A stretch of 57,310 nucleotides of DNA. It comes from a virus. Its lineage: Duplodnaviria > Caudoviricetes. A model generated the notes under the pieces. The model saw only the letters and a program-made list of their open reading frames with translations, made no database searches and was not told where the DNA came from. The stretch spans positions 1-57,310 of the IMG/VR virus record IMGVR_UViG_3300005805_000104; one strand, given 5' to 3'. Made by a program: the position numbers and the translations under genes. Below, piece after piece: positions 8,559-18,474 of the stretch. The first letter of the stretch is position 1, and each line of letters opens with the position of its first letter.

Positions 8559-10286
8559 TTATTTGTTGAAAGATGATTCTAATCCGCGTGTTATGAACGA
8601 TCCAGTAATTTTATAAGGAACGCTAGAAACGCTCTTGTTATCAGGTATGACTACGCCTTCTTGAGTATTTAGTGGTCCTAGAGGAGAATCCATGGATTTC
8701 AATAATGCGTCTCCGAGTTTTATAGTGGCTAAATACATGAGATATGAATCTACGGCCACTTTATAATCTTTAGGATCTTGAACAAGGTCAGATACACTTT
8801 TACCTTCATTGATCCACATATACACCTGTTTACTAAGAGCGTCCACGGTTCTGCCGTCTTTGAGTTTTAGTTTTATGCCTTTAGTGTTTTTAGCTGAGGA
8901 TAGCCACTGAGCTAGTGATTTACTTTCCTTTTGCTTTTTGTCGATGTTAACAGTATATGTCTTAGAAAGTTCCGAGGTCATATCAGATTTCTTACTTAGT
9001 TTTGCAGGTATTACGTTGAATACATCAAAACCCCGTTTCTTAGCAGTTGGTTTTAGACCATCTACCAAATCTTGTAAATCTTTGAGATTATAAGAAACAG
9101 GTTCAGACGCTCTTCTGTTCGGCGTGACTTGATCTATCCTAAGCAGATTATGAATTACTATGAAATTGCCTTTGTATTGCTGTACGTTAGATTTACCCTC
9201 TACGTACTCTATATTCAATAAGATATTAGGATCATCTATAAGTCCCAATTTTTTTAACGGGCCTTTTATGGAAGATAGAGCTTCATTGAATATGCTAAGA
9301 ACTGTTCCCCCAATTTGTATCATACCATGACCTTTATCAAACCGCTTATTTAGATCCTTAGCGGTCACACCCTTAACGTCTAAAGGTTTATTAGAACCCC
9401 TATCTAATGCAAACTCTTTGCCTTTTCCAGAATCTATGAGCCTTATTGACGAATTTATGCCATCTATTTTTACTGGCACTTCTTTTCGTTGTAGATAATT
9501 TTCTGTCTCTTGAAATACTTTTATGAGATCTTTACCTGATTTTACAGCGGGTATATCGAATGGATGGGCCATGTGACCAGCTGCTCCGCCTTCGTTGAGT
9601 ATTTGTCTTATCGCTGTTCTAAATACTGCTCTGTTTTCTAGTATATCCGCGAATTCGCGAAGCCTTTTTCTACCAACTCGAACTCTCGACTTTTTTTTTG
9701 TTAGAATGTCGTAAATTTGAGTGATGATATTGCGAGGTATTCCTGGATAGTTGGTGGCGAACTTGTTTATATTGCCGGCCTTTATGTCTTTTCTTAATAC
9801 GCTAGCGCTTACTCCTGTACCATCTAATTGGTCTCTTCTACCTTTATACAGCAGTGGCTGAGTGTCCATAGATAGCATTACGGGTATAATGCCTCTAGGG
9901 GTCATCTTTTTATCTCTTACAGTAGGAACATTCTTGTGTTTATTCAAGTAACTAACGAACGCTTTTGATCTCTCAGCGTCTGATCCTTTTGAGCTTGCAC
10001 CCATGGCATATCTACCTGTAGCGTTTTTGTTCAAATTTAAGACAGTTTCAAATGCCGCTTCCATGGGATTATCTACTGGGGATCTCACTACTTGGACTTT
10101 TGGATGAGTAGGAAGCAGAGCCCAGACTTTTAGAGAATCTTGCATTGTGATACCATCTCTTTCAGATGGTCCTACGAGCACTATAACTTTTTCCACTGCG
10201 GGGTGGTTTGCGTATGCGTTGGCCAATTGTAAGTGTCCTGCGTGTGGGGGCTTAAATCCTCCAGGAAGTAATACAGTAGTCTTCAT
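8559..10286 (-). CDS. Fusion of a HIGH-family cytidylyltransferase-like domain and a ligase-superfamily nucleotidyltransferase-like domain
   Basis: PGGFKPPHAGH (HxGH) and SASVLR; C-terminal KIDG, NIEY, EGVVI, YKITG. Confidence 0.7.
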   Translation of the reverse strand: MKTTVLLPGGFKPPHAGHLQLANAYANHPAVEKVIVLVGPSERDGITMQDSLKVWALLPTHPKVQVVRSPVDNPMEAAFETVLNLNKNATGRYAMGASSKGSDAERSKAFVSYLNKHKNVPTVRDKKMTPRGIIPVMLSMDTQPLLYKGRRDQLDGTGVSASVLRKDIKAGNINKFATNYPGIPRNIITQIYDILTKKKSRVRVGRKRLREFADILENRAVFRTAIRQILNEGGAAGHMAHPFDIPAVKSGKDLIKVFQETENYLQRKEVPVKIDGINSSIRLIDSGKGKEFALDRGSNKPLDVKGVTAKDLNKRFDKGHGMIQIGGTVLSIFNEALSSIKGPLKKLGLIDDPNILLNIEYVEGKSNVQQYKGNFIVIHNLLRIDQVTPNRRASEPVSYNLKDLQDLVDGLKPTAKKRGFDVFNVIPAKLSKKSDMTSELSKTYTVNIDKKQKESKSLAQWLSSAKNTKGIKLKLKDGRTVDALSKQVYMWINEGKSVSDLVQDPKDYKVAVDSYLMYLATIKLGDALLKSMDSPLGPLNTQEGVVIPDNKSVSSVPYKITGSFITRGLESSFNK

Positions 10287-10298
10287 ACGTATAAATAT

Positions 10299-13200
10299 CT
10301 ACTGGTGCTTAACTAGCGATTTATCTTTTACTTTGTGTATGTCTATGTGGGAATCCACTACGTCCCTCATTGAATCTATGTGTGATATTATGACTAAAAA
10401 TTTGAATTGGGTCTTAAGATAGTCAAACAATAACGACATGGAACTCAAATTTGACTTGTCTAGAGTGCCAAAGCCCTCATCTATGGCTATGAAATTTGGC
10501 CTGGGAAGGGTTGATATATTGATGAGAGACGTCCTAATTGCTAGTGAGGATATGAATTTCTCCATTCCAGAAGTCAATTCAAGAGGCCAAAATCTGTCTT
10601 CGCTGTACGCTATATAGGCATTTACGTCCTTATCATCGGTTTCAAAGACCACTCTAAAATCAACTAGTTGAGACAATATGTTGTTGACCTCTTCTTCGAT
10701 CTGCGGTATAGTCACCGAGATGATGTCATGAGGAATTCCGTTTCTGTGAGTTGCATCAAGATAATATTGATAGTGTTCGTTATCCTTCTCCAAATCTTTT
10801 CTTTTCTGGATCTCTTTTTTTGTGTCATCTATGCTCTTTTCCAGTATTTTTATCTGGACTTGACAATCTGAAACGCCTGCGTTTGTCGCCCTTAGTTGTG
10901 TTTCCAGATCTGTTAAGGTCTTTTTTAGAAGCGCTATTTTTTCGTTAAGGTCTTGGTTATTTTTTATCGTAGAAAGCTGTTTTTCTCTCAGTTCTAGCTT
11001 GTCTTGTGCTTCTTTTAATTGCAGTTGATCCCTTAATTTTTTAGACTCGTTTCTTTCTAATTCTGCGTTTAGGCTAATCAGTTTGTTCTCTAGCTCTGCG
11101 ATTTGTTTACGAGTCTTGATGTACGCTAGACGCTCTACTTCTGCGTCTTCACACTCGGAAAGTTTCACTTCTATCTTAAGCTTATTTGTCTTAAGTATCT
11201 TCAACTTTTCTTCATCCTCTTGTATATCGTTCTTCGTTTTTATAGCGTCTTTAACAAACACGTTTTCCATACAAAACTTACAACTAGGGTCGTATTTAAG
11301 CTCTTTGAGCTTTTCCATCTTGTCGTTTTTGTGTTTCATGTGGCTCTCTAGCTGTTGTAATTCTAGATCAGCCGAGTGGAATTTATCCTTTAAGGCGTTG
11401 CACGCTTTTTCGTTTTCCTCGAGTTCTTTTTCGTCTATTTTAGCTATGGATTGCTTTAGTTTTTGCAAACTAGTGTCTGTCTCTTGAACAATTACACTGA
11501 CCTGTTGCATGTTCAACTCTATAGCTCTTATGCTATTTTTTAGGCTAACTATGTTTCTCTGAATGCTCTCTTCATCGACTATAGAATCATCGACTTTTTG
11601 CAGTTTAGTGGCTAAATCAAGCAATTTTTCGTTGTACTTCGCTTTGTCTTTTTCCTGTTTCTCTTTCGTTGCGGTGTTTGTTTTGAGAAGCTCTTGATAC
11701 GTTAACAGGTCTTCTCCGTATTGTTTTAGTTTAGACTCGTAATCTGTCTTTTGATAGTGCCTTAACAGCGCATTTGTATCTCTAGCGGTTTCATTGGCTA
11801 TTGTATACATCTCTTCGAATACGCCGATGTCCATGAACTGACTGAGAAGATCCTTGCGATCCTTCTGGTTCATGTCTATGAAGCCGGTGTTGTTACTTTG
11901 AGTGGATAACGTGGTCAGAATGAAATCCTCGTAGGTGCCAAGCAGGTTGCGTACGCTTGCGTTGGTGTCCGATCTGTCCTTACCGTTCAGCGATACTTTA
12001 TCGCCCTTCTCATCGTAGTAATAGAAATCGACTTCTACTCTAACATTTCCTGATTTCTGCCTTTTTGCCGTTCTTTTTATGACGTAGTCAAGCCCGTTAA
12101 GTTCGAAACTCAATTTGCAATTAAAAGTATCGCTATTAGAATTCATGACTTGATGACCTCTATTGGTCTTTGTGCACTTATCAAATATGCAATAGGTCAA
12201 TGAATCAAGTAACGTAGATTTTCCGCTAGCGTTCGGCGCAAATAGTCCGTAAATTCCTTTCATGTTAGTAAAATCTACTACGTTATCTTTACCGTAGCTA
12301 AACATGTCTTCGAACTCAAATCGTTTAGGTATCCACATAGAATTCCTAGGCACTTCGCTCTTCTTTAACGATTTATGCACCGTGTCGTTGATCTCTAGTA
12401 TCTTAGCAAGATCTTCATCTTTTATCTTGTGTTTCTGCTTTAGATACTTCGTTATGAGCTCGCGCTGTTGTTCAAGAGACCTAAAATCTAAACCTTTGGA
12501 TTCGTTAACGGATTTCTCTCTAATAGAGAATGTGTTTATGCGTTGGGTGGTTAACTCAACCACGTTTCTTTGTTTCCTTAGATCCTCTACTATCTCTCGG
12601 AGAACGGTTTGATCTGTGTTCCTGTATCTTACCCTGAGATATAGATTTTTCGGAAGTGTCTCGTCTATGGGCGTATAGTTTCCAGAATCTATGTCGACAG
12701 TGTAAAAAGCTGTATCATTCTCTATAGGCACAAATTCTGCGAGTCGGCTATTAACTTCCCAAAGTAAGTATCCATGATTGCGTTCTTCTCCGTGATTCTG
12801 TTGTATTAGAGAGCCGGGATACGCTATAGTTTTTTGAGGATTTAGGAATTGCGTCTTGTGAATGTCACCCAACAATACCATATCAAAGCCATTGAAGTTC
12901 TCGACTTTCATGCTCTCGTTTTCTATAACGAATCCCACCTCAGTAGAAGAATCATTGACTGGCCCATGATATAGAGCTATTCTAGTTTGAGAATCCTCTA
13001 GTGGAAAAGGATAGTTCTCTGCGGTATCAAACACAGACCAGTGATAAAAATCCACATTATTTAGTCTTAGTATGGCGGATTTTTCACAGTATTCCAACCT
13101 AGGATTTGCCATTGCATTTACTATGGGTGTCAATGCATCCATTCTGTGAGAATTGTTTAGATTGGCGTCATGGTTACCAGGAATCATGAGCACCGGCGCT

Positions 13201-13457
13201 ATATCACACAGGGCTTTTAGAAAGTCTTGGACTTCGTTAACTAGTTCGGGCGTTACGTCTGTCTTTGAGTGAACGATATCGCCAGTGAGTACAATCAAAT
13301 CGTTCTCGTTAGTAGTCTCTTTAATTTTGTTGTAAAGCGTTTCAAACACTCTACGATATTCTGCGTGACGCTTATAATTGCGTATGTGTATATCGGATAT
13401 GTGGTGTATCCGATCTAGCTTCTTTATCTTTAACTTTGATTTAATTATTTCACTCAT
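10299..13457 (-). CDS. Fused Mre11/SbcD nuclease and Rad50/SbcC ATPase (gp47-gp46-like)
   Basis: SDIH, GDIVH, GNHD, GDIH, YPGS; Walker A APNASGKST, zinc hook CKFC, signature SGME, IDEGFG, ISH. Confidence 0.93.
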   Translation of the reverse strand: MSEIIKSKLKIKKLDRIHHISDIHIRNYKRHAEYRRVFETLYNKIKETTNENDLIVLTGDIVHSKTDVTPELVNEVQDFLKALCDIAPVLMIPGNHDANLNNSHRMDALTPIVNAMANPRLEYCEKSAILRLNNVDFYHWSVFDTAENYPFPLEDSQTRIALYHGPVNDSSTEVGFVIENESMKVENFNGFDMVLLGDIHKTQFLNPQKTIAYPGSLIQQNHGEERNHGYLLWEVNSRLAEFVPIENDTAFYTVDIDSGNYTPIDETLPKNLYLRVRYRNTDQTVLREIVEDLRKQRNVVELTTQRINTFSIREKSVNESKGLDFRSLEQQRELITKYLKQKHKIKDEDLAKILEINDTVHKSLKKSEVPRNSMWIPKRFEFEDMFSYGKDNVVDFTNMKGIYGLFAPNASGKSTLLDSLTYCIFDKCTKTNRGHQVMNSNSDTFNCKLSFELNGLDYVIKRTAKRQKSGNVRVEVDFYYYDEKGDKVSLNGKDRSDTNASVRNLLGTYEDFILTTLSTQSNNTGFIDMNQKDRKDLLSQFMDIGVFEEMYTIANETARDTNALLRHYQKTDYESKLKQYGEDLLTYQELLKTNTATKEKQEKDKAKYNEKLLDLATKLQKVDDSIVDEESIQRNIVSLKNSIRAIELNMQQVSVIVQETDTSLQKLKQSIAKIDEKELEENEKACNALKDKFHSADLELQQLESHMKHKNDKMEKLKELKYDPSCKFCMENVFVKDAIKTKNDIQEDEEKLKILKTNKLKIEVKLSECEDAEVERLAYIKTRKQIAELENKLISLNAELERNESKKLRDQLQLKEAQDKLELREKQLSTIKNNQDLNEKIALLKKTLTDLETQLRATNAGVSDCQVQIKILEKSIDDTKKEIQKRKDLEKDNEHYQYYLDATHRNGIPHDIISVTIPQIEEEVNNILSQLVDFRVVFETDDKDVNAYIAYSEDRFWPLELTSGMEKFISSLAIRTSLINISTLPRPNFIAIDEGFGTLDKSNLSSMSLLFDYLKTQFKFLVIISHIDSMRDVVDSHIDIHKVKDKSLVKHQ

Positions 13458-14422
13458 GCTCTATATAATACCATTTGCATCTTCTTAAAAAATAGGTCTT
13501 GCGAAGTCAGTGGCTTCGCTGATTGTAGCATTTCTACCATCTTTTTGAATCCCAATTGCGATGGATCTTTGTCTTCCATGTTCAAAAAATACACTTCTTT
13601 TCCCATATTCAATAGCTCTTCGGCGTAGGCGTAGCTCTCTTTCAAAGCGTCCCTATCCAATGCCAAATATATCGTTTTTACTTGAGATTGTACAAGTTTC
13701 ATCATGAGTGACTTAGGAATGGTTTTTCCAAACAACGGTATAGCATTTCTTTTTATGGCTATTGCATCGAATGCACCTTCGCATAGAACTACGGGGGTGT
13801 TAAAATTAACGTGGTGCTCAAACCCTATGATGTCTGTTTTCTTTACACTAGGCGCGTCGTAAGTCGGCTTTGTGTTAGAATCTAATGCTCTTGCAACAAA
13901 GTAATTTAGCTTTCCATTTGCATCGTACGAGGGTATAATGACTCTGTCTCTATATCTACCCTTCATGCAATAACCTATTTGGTACTTCAAAATGTCTTGT
14001 TCGTCGATGCCTCTCTTTCTTAAATATGATAGCACACGCTTTTCATACAAATCATTATTAGAGAAGGAAATCGGCATGAACTCTTTAGGAAGCTCAACGA
14101 TTGTGCTCTTCTGTTCAACATCCTCCTTAGTAGTTTTCATACCGAAGTATTGCTTCATCTCTATAATAGACGATGATGGAGCTGAGATTTTCTTAAGTAG
14201 GGAAACTGGTGTTCTGCCCTTTGTTGCAGGGTGGCACGTCCAACAGTTGTACACACCTGTCTTAATGTTAACAACCAATTTTGGTTTCTTGTGTTTACAA
14301 ACTGGGCAGTGGAAGGTGTAATTGCTCAACTTATCAGGTTTACCCTTTCCCAATTGGGACTCTAAAACTCCTAATATGAGTTTCTGCACTTCGGGATCTT
14401 GTATCTCAGTTTTTACAGTCAT
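13454..14422 (-). CDS. DNA primase (Zn finger plus TOPRIM)
   Basis: CPVC..H, CWTC, YLRKRGI, RVIIP, CEGAFDA, LALDRDA, KDP. Confidence 0.9.
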   Translation of the reverse strand: MTVKTEIQDPEVQKLILGVLESQLGKGKPDKLSNYTFHCPVCKHKKPKLVVNIKTGVYNCWTCHPATKGRTPVSLLKKISAPSSSIIEMKQYFGMKTTKEDVEQKSTIVELPKEFMPISFSNNDLYEKRVLSYLRKRGIDEQDILKYQIGYCMKGRYRDRVIIPSYDANGKLNYFVARALDSNTKPTYDAPSVKKTDIIGFEHHVNFNTPVVLCEGAFDAIAIKRNAIPLFGKTIPKSLMMKLVQSQVKTIYLALDRDALKESYAYAEELLNMGKEVYFLNMEDKDPSQLGFKKMVEMLQSAKPLTSQDLFFKKMQMVLYRA

Positions 14423-14479
14423 AGTGAAAATAATGTAACAAAAATTTTCAAATCTCAAAAATTTTGTTATATTGTGTAA

Positions 14480-14700
14480 AAGTATCTATTCCATGGTCTA
14501 TACTCGTAGCTCGGTGTGATTCCGTGAGCGAGTTTTAGAGTGGATGTTAATGATACTACCAGGCGTTAAGACGAAGTATAATGCGTCAGGTATATAAATA
14601 GAGTGTAGGCATAAAGTAAATACCAATATCGGGTGACCCGACGGAAATAGCCGCTAAGGGGGTATTTATATAAACCGGTACTCAAAATGTGGTCAAAATA
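14480..14700. other. Structured non-coding region at the strand switch (candidate ncRNA or origin)
   Basis: No ORF; several nested inverted repeats (see findings). Confidence 0.45.
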
Positions 14701-14723
14701 TTTTGCAACCCTTAAAGCTTACT

Positions 14724-14897
14724 ATGCAACTAAATGAAGAACTAAACGATATAATAAAGAACAAAGACTTACAGCTACTATACGCATACATTGATATGAT
14801 GCAAGGAACACTGAGCGAGGAGGAATTATTGGCTATAGCGGTGTTTCTAGAACAGAACGATAAAGACTTTTATGATTATGAAGAAGAACCAAATTAA
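14724..14897 (+). CDS. Small acidic hypothetical protein
   Basis: ATG at 14724; overlaps the next gene. Confidence 0.55.
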   Translation: MQLNEELNDIIKNKDLQLLYAYIDMMQGTLSEEELLAIAVFLEQNDKDFYDYEEEPN

Positions 14898-15204
14898 GAT
14901 TTATGGCCTTGCTGGATGCGAGAAATGTGAAAATACAGCAAGAAAATTATCAAGCTTAAGTATCCCATACGAATTCATCGAGTGCTCCGGATACAACGAC
15001 GAATGCCACAATTTAGAGATGTTGACAGGCGCAGTTGACTACCCAATGATAGTTATCGATAATAACATATATTACTTAGCACTAAATTACAATTCTAATT
15101 CTACAAATAAGGTGTACGAAAACGGCTACAGTGGAATAGATTCGCTTACCATCCACGAATTACTTGGAAAAGTCGTAGATCACTACAAAAAAGAACGTAA
15201 CTAG
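14872..15204 (+). CDS. Glutaredoxin-like protein
   Basis: IKIYGLAGCEKC (CxxC) and YPMIVI cis-Pro segment. Confidence 0.75.
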   Translation: MIMKKNQIKIYGLAGCEKCENTARKLSSLSIPYEFIECSGYNDECHNLEMLTGAVDYPMIVIDNNIYYLALNYNSNSTNKVYENGYSGIDSLTIHELLGKVVDHYKKERN

Positions 15205-15260
15205 AATCGTAAATTGTAAGTATACAGCAGTATTTTGTATTTTTCTAAAAAACACACCAT

Positions 15261-15905
15261 ATGAAAATGAAGGTTTTGACAGAAGAACAGATCAATGCTA
15301 ATCTAAAGTCGTTCTACGAGTACATCGATACGTACATAAGCGAACCCAGGGCTAGCGAATTACACGCTTTCTACAAAAGCATAGAGCTTACACTAGCCAC
15401 TTCCCCAGCGTCTGCGAAAATAACAAGACACAATTGTTTCGCTGGAGGATATTTGGATCACGTTTTGCGGGTAACCCAGGCCGCCATCGTGTATCACAGG
15501 GTTTGGGAAAAATACGGACAATCTCAGGATTACACTATGGAAGAACTTGTCTTCTCAGCTATTAACCACGATTTAGGTAAATTGGGCACAAATGAAGAAC
15601 CATTTTACCTTCCGAATGACATACAGTGGCAATTAGACAAAGGCACTTATTACAAATATAATAGTAAATTGCCACACATGAGAATAGCCGATAGAAGTTT
15701 GTTTTACCTCCAACAAGCTGGATTGTATGTAACAGCAAACGAATTTTTGGCCATCAAATTACACGACGGGCTGTATGAAGAAGGAAATAAAGATTACTAC
15801 ATTACATATAACGAAGACTTTGAAATAAAATCAAACCTGCCATACATCCTACACCAAGCAGACTTGATGGCGAGTAGAGTAGAAACACAAACACAAAAAC
15901 AATGA
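15261..15905 (+). CDS. HD-domain phosphohydrolase
   Basis: GGYLDHVLRV, NHDLGK, AIKLHDG, LHQAD. Confidence 0.88.
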   Translation: MKMKVLTEEQINANLKSFYEYIDTYISEPRASELHAFYKSIELTLATSPASAKITRHNCFAGGYLDHVLRVTQAAIVYHRVWEKYGQSQDYTMEELVFSAINHDLGKLGTNEEPFYLPNDIQWQLDKGTYYKYNSKLPHMRIADRSLFYLQQAGLYVTANEFLAIKLHDGLYEEGNKDYYITYNEDFEIKSNLPYILHQADLMASRVETQTQKQ

Positions 15906-16171
15906 TAATAGGAATAATAGCAATATCACTATGGATAGTGTCCGTAGTAGCGTGGATAATTTTTAATTTGTACAATAAGAACAAAAAATTGGAAGTGATG
16001 GTAAACAATTACGCTTCGTTTTCTAATGACATGATCATATTGATTAAAGAGTTCGATGAGGTAGTGAACAAAATAGATTCTCATATATGGGTTCAATCAG
16101 ACCCTGAACTACTTGCTCTATTTGACAAGATTCGAGAGATGCAAAAGAAGTCAAAAGAGTTCTTAGGATAA
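15902..16171 (+). CDS. Small single-pass membrane protein
   Basis: N-terminal hydrophobic helix. Confidence 0.6.
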   Translation: MIIGIIAISLWIVSVVAWIIFNLYNKNKKLEVMVNNYASFSNDMIILIKEFDEVVNKIDSHIWVQSDPELLALFDKIREMQKKSKEFLG

Positions 16172-16172
16172 T

Positions 16173-16925
16173 ATGGAAAATCTAATATCTGAAGAGGTTA
16201 TACAGTATACAAAAAAGGGTACTATACGTAAGAGGAAACCCAAAAAGAATAATAACTACTTTACTGAAGATACGCAAAATGCTATTATAGAGTATAGGAA
16301 AACGCTTGATTCCACTAAGAGGAATTTAATATACAACCAACGAATACACTCTGGATTCTACAAATTGGTAGAAAACATCATACACACTTTCAAATTCTAT
16401 CACATGGATGCTGATTCCATAGAAGATTTGAAGTACGAAGTCATATCGTTTTTGCTTCAAAAGCTGGACAAGTACGATTCTAATTTGGGTAAAGCCTACT
16501 CTTATTTTGGTACGATAGCCAAACGATATTTAATAGTCTATAATCAAAAGAATTACAAGAGCAAAATATCTAAAGTCGCGGTATCAGAAGTAGATAACGA
16601 GGACAACACTATAGACGTACTGATTAGTAGTAATGATTATGAAAACGACGTCGACGCAGAGGTTATAATGAACGCGTTCGTTGAGAAAGTCAATACTGAC
16701 ATGTTTGAGATATTTCAATCTCCCCAAGACATTAAAATAGCCATTGCTATAATGGAAATATTTGAAAAAAGAAGTAACTTAGACATATTCAACAAGAAAC
16801 TAATATACATTTACGTAAAAGAGATGGTAGAGGTACAAACTAATGCTATCACCAAAGTCATAAAAAAGCTGAAAACCGTTTATAAAGAGGTATTAGAAGA
16901 ACATATACAAAAATCAGACTTCTAG
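16173..16925 (+). CDS. Phage sigma factor, gp55-like late sigma (putative)
   Basis: NYF...IIEY; EDLKYE...LLQKLDKYD...KAYSYFGTIAKRYL resembles sigma region 2; lies at the head of the structural block. Confidence 0.7.
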   Translation: MENLISEEVIQYTKKGTIRKRKPKKNNNYFTEDTQNAIIEYRKTLDSTKRNLIYNQRIHSGFYKLVENIIHTFKFYHMDADSIEDLKYEVISFLLQKLDKYDSNLGKAYSYFGTIAKRYLIVYNQKNYKSKISKVAVSEVDNEDNTIDVLISSNDYENDVDAEVIMNAFVEKVNTDMFEIFQSPQDIKIAIAIMEIFEKRSNLDIFNKKLIYIYVKEMVEVQTNAITKVIKKLKTVYKEVLEEHIQKSDF

Positions 16926-16926
16926 G

Positions 16927-16935
16927 ATATTTATA
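16927..16935 (+). promoter_or_regulatory. Representative ATATTTAT(A/T) putative late promoter
   Basis: Recurs on the coding strand shortly before at least 14 start codons. Confidence 0.7.
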
Positions 16936-16947
16936 AGAAAACACATT

Positions 16948-17304
16948 ATGGACTTACAAAAGGAAGTGTTTTCTGGGAAAAACGTGTCCGATCTAATAAA
17001 AGAGATCTACGATAGGCAAAAAGAGCAGGATTCTGTTATAAAAGAGAAGATGTCGCTCTTGACTTCTTTCATAGAAGGCCCTGGAGATGCTATAGCCATG
17101 ATACCGCTAATAAAAGATCTGTCGGATACAGGTGTTAAGAATAATGAAGTGCTTTTGAAATTACTGCAACTGTTTAAGCAAAACGAAGCCAAATCGACTG
17201 ATCCAACCAATGGATTGCTCAGCGATAAAGACATAGCCCAGTTGTTTGAAGACGTAACTGTGAAACCATTTAGTCAAAAGCAACCTCAAAAACTAATTGA
17301 GTAA
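16948..17304 (+). CDS. Hypothetical protein
   Basis: 118 aa ORF with ATATTTATA upstream. Confidence 0.6.
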   Translation: MDLQKEVFSGKNVSDLIKEIYDRQKEQDSVIKEKMSLLTSFIEGPGDAIAMIPLIKDLSDTGVKNNEVLLKLLQLFKQNEAKSTDPTNGLLSDKDIAQLFEDVTVKPFSQKQPQKLIE

Positions 17305-18473
17305 TGGCTAGTTATATCTATGGAGGTACATATTCCAACTCTGGAAAAAATTCTGGCCCTGCATGGATAGTGGGACGAGTCAAGGACATCGTACTCCAAA
17401 TAGGCCGCGATACAAAATATACTAGAAAAGATTTGGGCAAGATATTTTTTGAGCCCATGTACAGCAATACAAATTTATCTCTAGCTGATTCCGTATCAAA
17501 GCCCGCGTATCCCATATTCACATCAATAAAGCAGTATCCGCTTATAGGCGAAATAGTCTTCATTATTCCAGGACCGGATTCGGCGTTGAATGATTCCATA
17601 GATGTTCAATCTTACTATTACTTTCCGCCTTATTCTACATGGAATTTTGTTAATCATGGAGCTTTTCCAAATTTAACAGAAGCCGCGTTGTATTATAAAG
17701 CTTCTACTGGGGAAAGAACATCAAGATCAGTTGATAGACGAAGCGCAAAGACTAGAAATATGAAACCCATCCCTCTAGGAAAAACATTTGAGGAGCGCAC
17801 AGATATACGATCTCTAATGCCGTTTGAGGGCGATATAATAGTAGAGGGAAGATTTGGCCAATCAATAAGATTTGGAAGCACTGTAAAAAACGCTGCGGAT
17901 TATCCACAAAACCCGTGGTCTACTGGATCGGCGGCTAACTCTCCTATCACCATAATTAGAAATGGTCAAGGGCAAAGAGAATCTATAAATTATCAAGATC
18001 TATTACTCGAGGATATAAACCTGGATCCGACTTCTATATGGCTAACCTCCAATCAGTACATAAACATTGATAATCAAGATACGTATCCATTATCAACGTA
18101 TGATCTATTTCCTAATGACATTAGAAAAGCTAATGAAATAGTGGTAGCAAATTCAATTCCCACAATTAACGCTGTTGAATCGGCTGCCCAACAAGATTTA
18201 CGTAGCATACAAACGAGCAATAATGGATCTCTAAATGGCTCAAAAAGCGTTGTGGTAACGGGTCAAGGCACATCTATGAGAGAGAACGTAGCTCAAGCTT
18301 TCGCAGAGCAAGACGCTAAATCCAAAGCTCTAATACAATTGAATGTACAATCTCAAGCAACAGTTAATCTAACCTCCAGAACCATAAGCAAGAAGTTCTT
18401 CAAGACAGATGACGACAAGTTCAGATGCGAAATAGTAATAGAATTTACAATACTAGAAACAAAGTCTACATAA
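17304..18473 (+). CDS. Putative baseplate hub/spike N-terminal (gp5 OB-fold-like) protein
   Basis: GRVKDI...YPLIGEIVFI and PFEGDIIVEGRFGQSIRFGS; baseplate context. Confidence 0.5.
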   Translation: MASYIYGGTYSNSGKNSGPAWIVGRVKDIVLQIGRDTKYTRKDLGKIFFEPMYSNTNLSLADSVSKPAYPIFTSIKQYPLIGEIVFIIPGPDSALNDSIDVQSYYYFPPYSTWNFVNHGAFPNLTEAALYYKASTGERTSRSVDRRSAKTRNMKPIPLGKTFEERTDIRSLMPFEGDIIVEGRFGQSIRFGSTVKNAADYPQNPWSTGSAANSPITIIRNGQGQRESINYQDLLLEDINLDPTSIWLTSNQYINIDNQDTYPLSTYDLFPNDIRKANEIVVANSIPTINAVESAAQQDLRSIQTSNNGSLNGSKSVVVTGQGTSMRENVAQAFAEQDAKSKALIQLNVQSQATVNLTSRTISKKFFKTDDDKFRCEIVIEFTILETKST

Positions 18474-18474
18474 T

